Shown here: positions 50,201 to 53,470 of the stretch, one piece after another
How the letters are laid out: each line of letters opens with the position of its first letter
Numbering within the stretch: position 1 is the stretch's first letter
Source: Octopus sinensis
Taxonomy: Eukaryota
Assembly: GCF_006345805.1 (NCBI RefSeq)
Contig: NW_021833920.1
Coordinates: 1-53,470, forward strand
Length of the DNA stretch: 53,470 bases
Reading direction: 5' to 3'
The notes under the pieces: model-generated
What the model was told of the DNA's origin: nothing
Databases searched by the model: none
The model's input: the letters and a program-made list of their open reading frames with translations, nothing else
Program-made: the position numbers and the translations under genes

Positions 50201-53200
50201 TTCTGATGTACCTTCGGGAGCACCGGTCTCTGCACAAGCTACAGACTTATTAGGTATTTACCTTGTTCTGATGTACCTACGGGAGCACCGGATTCTGCAC
50301 AAGCTACAGACTTACTAGGTATTTACCTTCTGATGTACCTACGGGAACTCCGGTCTCTGCACAAGCTACAGACTTACTAGTTATTTACCTTGTTCTGATG
50401 TACCTACGGGAGCACCGGATTCTGCACAAGCTACAGACTTACTAGGTATTTACCTTGTTCTGATGTACCTACGGGAGCACCGGTCTCTGCACAAGCTACA
50501 GACTTACTAGGTATTGACCTTGTTCTGATGTACCTACGGGAGCACCAGATTCTGCACAAGCTACAGACTTACTAGGTATTTTCCTTGTTCTGATGTACCT
50601 ACGGGAGCACCGGACTCTGCACAAGCTACAGACTTACTAGCTATTTACCTTGTTCTGATGTACATACGGGAGCACCGGACTCTGCACAAGATACAGACTG
50701 ACAAGGTATTTACCTTGTTCTGATGTACCTACGGGAGCATCGGACTCTGCACAAGATAAAGACTGACTAGGTATTTACTTGCTCTGATGTATCTACGGGA
50801 GCACCGGACTCTGCACAAGATACAGACTTACTACGTATTTACCTTGTTCTGATGTACCTACGGGAGCAGCGGATTCTGCACAAGCTACAGACTTACTAGG
50901 TATTTACCTTTTTCTGGTGTACCTACGAGAGCACCGGATTCTGCACAAGCTAAAGACTTACTAGGTATTTAGCTTTTTCTGATGTACCTACGGGAGCACT
51001 GGATTCTGCACAAGGTACAGACTTACTAGGTATTTACCTTTTTCTGATGTACCTACGGGAGCACTGGACTCTGCACATGGTACAGACTTACTAGGTTTTT
51101 ACCTTGTTCTGATGTACCTACGGGAGCACCGGACTCTGCACAAGGTACAGACTTACTAGGTATTTACCTTGTTCTGATGTACCTACGAGAGCACTGGATT
51201 CTGCACAAGCTAAAGACTTACTAGGTATTTACCTTGTTCTGATGTACCTACGGGAGCACCGGACTCTGCACAAGGTACAGACTTACTAGGTTTTTACCTT
51301 GTTCTGATGTACCTACGAGCGCACCTGATTCTGCACAAGCTAAAGACTTACTAGGTATTTACCTTTTTCTGATGTACCTACGGGAGCACCGGACTCTGCA
51401 CAAGGTACATACTTACTAGCTATTTACCTTGTTCTGATGTACCTACGAGCGCACCTGATTCTGCAAAAGCTAAAGACTTACTAGGTATTTACCTTTTTCT
51501 GATGTACCTACGGGAGCACCGGACTCTGCACAAGGTACATACCAGCTATTTACCTTGTTCTGATGTACCCACGGGAGCACCGGATTCTGCACAAGCTACA
51601 GACTTACTAGGAATTTACCTTGTTCTGATGTACCTACGGGAGCACCGGACTCTGCACAAGCTACAGACTTACTAGCTATTTACCTTGTTCTGATGTACAT
51701 ACGGGAGCACCGGACTCTGCACAAGATACAGACTGACAAGATATTTACCTTGTTCTGATGTACTTACGGGAGCACCGGACTCTGCACATGATACAGACTG
51801 ACTAGGTATTTACCTTGCTCTGATGTACCTACGGGAACACCGGATTCTGCACAAGCTACAGACTTACTAAGTATTTACCTTGTTCTGATGTACCTACGGG
51901 AGCAGTGGATTCTGCACAAGCTACAGACTTACTAGGTATTTACTTTGTTCTGATGTACCTACGAGAGCACCGAATTCTGCATAAGCTAAAGACTTACTAG
52001 GTATTTACCTATTTCTGATGTACCTACGGGAGCACCGGACTCTGCACAAGGTACAGACTTACTAGTTATTTACCTTGTTCTGATGTACCTACGGGAGCAC
52101 CGGTCTCTGCACAAGCTACAGACTTACTAAGTATTTAACTTCTTCTGATGTACCTATGGGGGCACCGGACTCTGCACAAGCTACAGACTTACAAGATATT
52201 TACCTTGTTCTGATGTACCTACGGGAGCACCGGTCTCTGCACAAGCTACAGACTTACTAGGTATTTACCTTGTTCTGATGTACATACGGGTGCACCGGTT
52301 TCTGCACAAGCTACAGACTTACTAGGTATTTACCTTGTTCTCATGTACCTACGGGAGCACCGGATTCTGCACAAGCTACAGACTTACTAGGTGATTTACC
52401 TTGTTCTGATGTACCTACGGGAGCACCGGTCTCTGCACAAGCTACAGACTTACTAGTTATTTACCTTGTTCTGATATACCTACGGGAGCACCGGATTCTG
52501 CACAAGCTACAGACTTACTAGGTATTTACCTTGTTCTGATGTACCTACGGGAGCACCGGACTCTGCACAAGCTACAGATTTACTAGGTATATAACTTGTT
52601 CTGATGCACCTACGGGAGCACCGGTCTCTGCATAAGCTACAGACTTACTAGGTATTTACCTTGTTCTGATGTACCTACGGGAGCACCGGTCTCTGCACAA
52701 GCTACAGACTTATTAGGTATTAACCTTGTTCTGATGTACCTACGGGAGCATCGGATTCTGCACAAGGTACATACTTACTAGGTATTTTCCTTGTTCTGAT
52801 GTACCTACGGGAGCACCGGACTCTGCACAAGCTATAGACTTACTAGCTATTTACCTTGTTCTGATGTACATACGGGAGCACCGGACTCTGCACAAGATAC
52901 AGACTGACAAGGTATTTACCTTGTTCTGATGTACCTACGGGAGCACCGGACTCTGCACATGATACAGACTGACTAGGTATATACCTTTTCTGATGTACCT
53001 ACGGGAGCACTGGTCTCTGCACAAGGTACAGACTTACTAGGTATTTACCTTGTTCTCATGTACCTATGGGGGCACCGGACTCTGCACAAGCTACAGACTT
53101 ACAAGGTATTTACCTTGTTCTGATGTACCTACGGGAGCACCGGTCTCTGCACAAACTACAGACTTACTAGGTATTTAACTTGTTCTGATGTACCTACGGG

Positions 53201-53470
53201 AGCACCGGACTCTGCACAAGCTACAGACTTACTAGCTATTTACCTTGTTCTGATGTACCTACGGGAGCACCGGATTCTGTACAAGCTACAGATTTACTAG
53301 GTATTTCATTGTTCTGATGTACCTACGGGAGCACCGGTCTCTGCACAAGCTACAGACTTACTAGGTATTGACCTTGTTCTGATGTACCTACGGGAGCACC
53401 GGATTCTGCACAAGCTACAGACTTACTAGGTATTTACCTTGTTCTGATGTACCTACGGGAGCACCGGACT
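41211..53470 (-). repeat. 65-bp satellite array C (~188 units, runs off the window end), opposite orientation to arrays A and B
   Basis: Plus strand reads CTACGGGAGCACCGGACTCTGCACAAGCTACAGACTTACTAGGTATTTACCTTGTTCTGATGTAC, the reverse complement of the A/B unit. Confidence 0.98.

Noticed and set aside
21225-53470. CRISPR-like appearance of the 65-bp and 34-bp arrays
   Set aside because: The monomers are contiguous with no unique spacers, there are no cas genes, and the context is eukaryotic.
41211-53470. CTGATGT in every 65-mer as a hammerhead core
   Set aside because: There is no downstream GAAA and no helix II.
1-53470. Telomeric repeat or rDNA
   Set aside because: No (TTAGGG)n tract and no recognisable 18S/5.8S/28S/5S sequence.

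Overview
Eukaryotic, repeat-dominated DNA with no supportable host protein-coding gene. The SINE, (TA/CA)n and Helitron-like repeats resemble those I recall from coleoid cephalopods (Octopus); this is recognition, not a database result. About 80% of the window is tandem repeat from five families that meet at sharp junctions: (1) a ~675-bp macrosatellite interleaved with TA/CA microsatellite (4.3-17.4 kb); (2) a 65-bp satellite in three arrays, the last in the opposite orientation (17.4-18.3, 21.2-22.8, 41.2-53.5 kb); (3) a 34-bp satellite in two arrays (22.8-36.0, 38.0-39.0 kb); (4) a 22-bp satellite (37.5-38.0 kb); (5) a ~73-bp GGAAA/TTCC-rich satellite (39.05-40.8 kb). Interspersed elements are two CR1-group LINE reverse-transcriptase fragments, two tRNA-derived SINE copies, a canonical non-autonomous Helitron, a 240-bp fold-back element, and a Penelope-like end with a minimal hammerhead-ribozyme-like motif. 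Main observations: the 34-bp monomer matches a segment of the SINE 3' region present in this same window (29/36 nt); a 14.8-kb satellite block is bracketed by ~510-bp direct repeats that include a Helitron-like terminus; the 34-bp array carries 14 fold-back micro-inversions and nested higher-order repeats; the 22-bp satellite runs in register into the 34-bp one; and the 73-bp satellite is a dense array of Rel/NFAT-type motifs. Apart from the LINE fragments, the listed ORFs are repeat artefacts.
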